Of a stretch of 64,000 nucleotides of DNA, positions 60,712 to 64,000 are shown in pieces. The stretch comes from Salpingoeca rosetta (Eukaryota; Protista; Choanoflagellata). Position 1 is the stretch's first letter, and the number at the start of each line of letters is the position of its first letter. The notes under the pieces are model-generated. The model was not told the origin of the DNA, ran no database searches, and saw only the letters and a list, made by a program, of their open reading frames with translations. The translations under genes were made by a program, and so were the position numbers. The stretch lies in contig JAWQFM010000018.1 in the NCBI GenBank assembly GCA_033442325.1, positions 980,996 through 1,044,995 of the forward strand. The letters run 5' to 3'.

Positions 60712-63700
60712 ACACACACCCACACACACACATACACGTGCACACATACGCGCGCACATACGCGCGCACACAAACGTGCACACACATTCACATCCACGCC
60801 GTCACCACCGCCATAACGCCACCCACAACCACCACCACCACCACGATAGGCCTGGACCAGGAGAAGCGAGACGCGTTGATGCTGCAGCACGCAGCGCTGG
60901 TCAAGTCAATCACACCCGCGGAACACCGCTGCCAAGACATGGAATGCGACCTCATCACTGGTGCTGGCCTTGCACAGTACAAGGAGAGCGGGAGTCGCAG
61001 CGGCACGCCGCACCAGCGCCGTCGCCGATACTCAAGCAGCTCTCGCTCGCCTGCCGCCTCACCAAGGCAACACCAGCACCAACACCAACACCAGCACCAA
61101 CAACAACAACAACAACAACAGCAGCAGCAGCAGCAGCACTGCGACGTCTCAACCACAAAACACGTGCGCGTGTTCCTGTGTACCTCCTACGGGGATATGG
61201 CCATGGAACGTGAGGCAATTCGCCGCAAGCTTGTGCCCTTCCTCACGCGCTTTGCACAAACGCTCGACATGACGTTTGAGCTTGTGGACCCATTTGAGGC
61301 TGTGACAACACAGCAGCAAGCGCTGGACGACCACGCCCTCGCCCACATCACCGCCGCTGCCCGCGCGTGTGTGAGCGAATCGGCAGCAACAGCGTTCATC
61401 TCCATCCTCGGCAACTCCTACGGAGATATCATGCTGCCCACGACCATCCCCGAACAAGAGCTTGGTGCCATTCGCTCAACGCTGCTGTCGCTTGACACAG
61501 ACGACGCACGCGCAGCGCTCAACCTCGTGCATCGCTGGTACGTTCGCGACCTGAACGCGCAACCAGCGGTGGCCCGTCTTCTCCCCATTGCCACACACCA
61601 CCCAATCAACAGCAGCAAGAAGAAAGAGCGGGCAGCAGCGTGGCAGGCGTGGGCAGCAGAGCGCCAGCAACTCCACGCCGCACTCGTTGACGGCACGAGT
61701 GGACTACGCAGCAGCGCGCAGATGACAAAGTACGTTTGTACGCTGCAGGACCAGCTGTGCGTGCATCACTTTGCAGAGAACGCGGACAGAAACGCGCAGT
61801 GCATTCTGGTCAAGCGCTGTTTCAAGACCCCGCCACCCGTACCGACAAACGGCCGCGCAGCAAGCAAAGGCGCCAAGCTGGCAGCCGCGTATGGGGAGGA
61901 CCCACAGTCGCACCGCGCGTCGCGTCTCAACCGCCTTCGTGAACGCCTCTCCCACGCCACTTCGGAGCAACGCGTGCTGCAGTTTGACGTGGACTGGGTG
62001 TCCGGTGCCGGCTTGTCTGACAAACACCACCACGCATACATCAACAACCTCGTCGCTGCGCTGCGCGAACGCATCACAACAGACATCCTGCAGGCATACC
62101 GAAAGACGGAGGCAAAGGAGCTGTTGGCTGAGCTGCAACAACACGGCGTGCTCGCACGGTCCATTGCGGCACAGCCAGGGTTCACGCGCCCAGGGCTCAT
62201 GGACAAGCTTGAAACATATTGCCTGCAAGCAACCGCAGCCGAAATGAACGCCCGCAGCACCGCTGCTCCTGCTGTCCTCCGCGCAGGCACATCCACGATG
62301 GTCGTGGAGTCTTCCACCGACCCTGCGCACAATGCTGGAGTTCAGAACCCTCTTGCCGACGACGACGGCGACAACAAAGACGATGACACTTGCAGCGCTG
62401 ATGATGATTATGATGCTGATGATGCTGATGATGATGATGGGTTGTGGCCGCTGATTTTGCATGGCCCGTCTGGGTGCGGCAAGTCGTGGCTGTGCGCAAA
62501 CCTCATCAGCAAGCTGCAGCTGACAGCGGCGATAACCAAAGGCGCGTGCTGTGCACACGGAGGCGATGACGCTGGAGCTGTGCACGGGCGTGTGCTGGTT
62601 TACCGCTTCCTCGGACACACCCACGCGTCCACAGATGCCCGCTCACTCCTCTACAGCATGTGTTCGCAGATTCAGCAAGCCTACAGCAACGACGATGCTC
62701 ATGCGGATGGCGATGGCGGTGGCGATGCTGCTGGTGATCGTATGTGCCACCCTGGCAGCCGCACGTCTGCTTCCAGGGGAAGTGATCACCACGCATCGAC
62801 AGCGAGCAGCAACACGTCGCACCCGCGCGTCGCGACAGGAACACCAACGACAACAACATTCACAACGACAACGACGACGATGGTGGCCCGACCACCGCAC
62901 ACATTTCAGGCGCTGTGCGACCACTTTGCCCGATGCCTGCGACTGGCGACAGCACACAGGCCGTTGGTGATTGTGTTGGATGGGCTTGATCGCCTGTCGC
63001 ACGCATACGGCGCGCTTCAGCACTTGCACTGGTTGCACGTGCACCGCCGCCTCCCTCTGCACGTGCGCTTGGTCATCTTCACAGCACCTACCACACAACG
63101 CCCATCCCACATCGACATCCTTGCCAACATTGAACAGCAGCAGCAGCAGCAGCAGCAGCGACAAGCGCAACACCCACAACATGCAGGTGTTGTTGTACCA
63201 TCGCCCTCATCGTCACCAGCACCACCATCGGAGTGCGTGTTGGTTCCGGTGGGGCTGCTGGCACGTGGTGTGCTCAACACCTCCACCGTTCGCACGCTTC
63301 TCAAGAGCGCACACAAGCGCACGGTGACGCAGAGCCAGGCGTCTGCTCTCATCCGCGCCTTTGCCGCCTGCAGCAGCCCACTCATGCTTCAAGCCCTCAT
63401 GAAGCTGGCCACGGAATGGCAGTCCACAACACCATATGGCGAAGGGCCAGCGCTGCTGGAAGGGCTTCCAAACATCACCGCAGCCGACGTGCTGGCGGTT
63501 CTGCTGCAGCTATGGGAAGATCGCCACGGCCACGCCCTGGTGGAGCACGTGCTGTGTCTGGTTGCCACCGCTGAGCACGGCATTGCACCGGAGATGCTGC
63601 AGCAGCTGGCGGCGGGAAGTGGCGGGAACCACGAGGCAGTCACGTCTGCCTCGCACGCCAAAGGAGGAGAGGCTGCACTCTCCAGGGAGCGCCTCCCAAC

Positions 63701-64000
63701 GCTGTCGTGGCTGGCACTGCTGCACGACATTGAGTTTGTATTTGCAGTGCACCATCGCCCCATTGGCCGCTCTGCTGTCTCCATCGCCCACCCTGCTTGG
63801 GCAGAGGTGATCCGTGAGCGCTATGGACTGGAACGCAACAGCAACAGGCAACACTATTTTCACCGCCTGCTGGCACGCGCCCATGCCCAGGTGTTTGACG
63901 CTGAGGCCGCGGCCCTCACACACTCCACCCGCCAAACCATCGCCGCTGCTGCTGCTGCTGCCGGGGGTGGTCGCAGCGGTGGCGGCGGCGGCAAGCGCAA
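57106..64000 (+). CDS. PH domain + DUF4062-like + NACHT (NWD1/NWD2/TEP1-type STAND NTPase) protein, 3'-truncated by the window
   Basis: Spliced PH domain IKEGWLYK...[17 protein letters not shown]...GLVNL...EWYGTI (59455-60350). The exon from 60850 stays in one frame to the window end at every point checked: [27 protein letters not shown]...[12 protein letters not shown], Walker A GPSGCGKS (62463) and Walker [10 protein letters not shown] (62964). The 5' exons are less certain. Confidence 0.85.

Overview
Gene-dense, intron-rich eukaryotic DNA with GT-AG introns packed with (TG)n/(CA)n microsatellites. The style, SH2 adaptor and C-type lectin suggest a choanoflagellate, most likely Salpingoeca rosetta (inference, not verified). 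Hand splicing supports 16 protein-coding genes and one tRNA-Val(AAC): condensin CAP-D2, GPANK1, CLYBL, ALKBH1, a KDEL-terminated membrane protein, a secreted 7-repeat beta-propeller, a PAN-GH3 glycosidase, a GloC/YcbL-like metallo-beta-lactamase, a 60-aa KKxx membrane microprotein, NUBPL, a Tyr-rich SH2 adaptor, TBCK, a Sel1-repeat protein, RTF2, a 1308-aa secreted CBM/C-type lectin/mucin protein, and a PH-DUF4062-NACHT protein that runs off the window. Fourteen genes form head-to-head pairs. The most notable observations are: (1) a ~0.5-kb foreign-looking, hairpin-rich island with 11-bp inverted ends inside a lectin intron; (2) introns with 5' (TG)n and 3' (CA)n running up to the AG with no polypyrimidine tract, suggesting structure-guided splicing; (3) the PH-DUF4062-NACHT architecture, whose 3.1-kb exon is missing from the ORF track; (4) a 7-nt micro-exon and a missing catalytic core in the GH3 gene; (5) a CDE/CHR-like element upstream of condensin. 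Most ORF-track entries are microsatellite or antisense artefacts.
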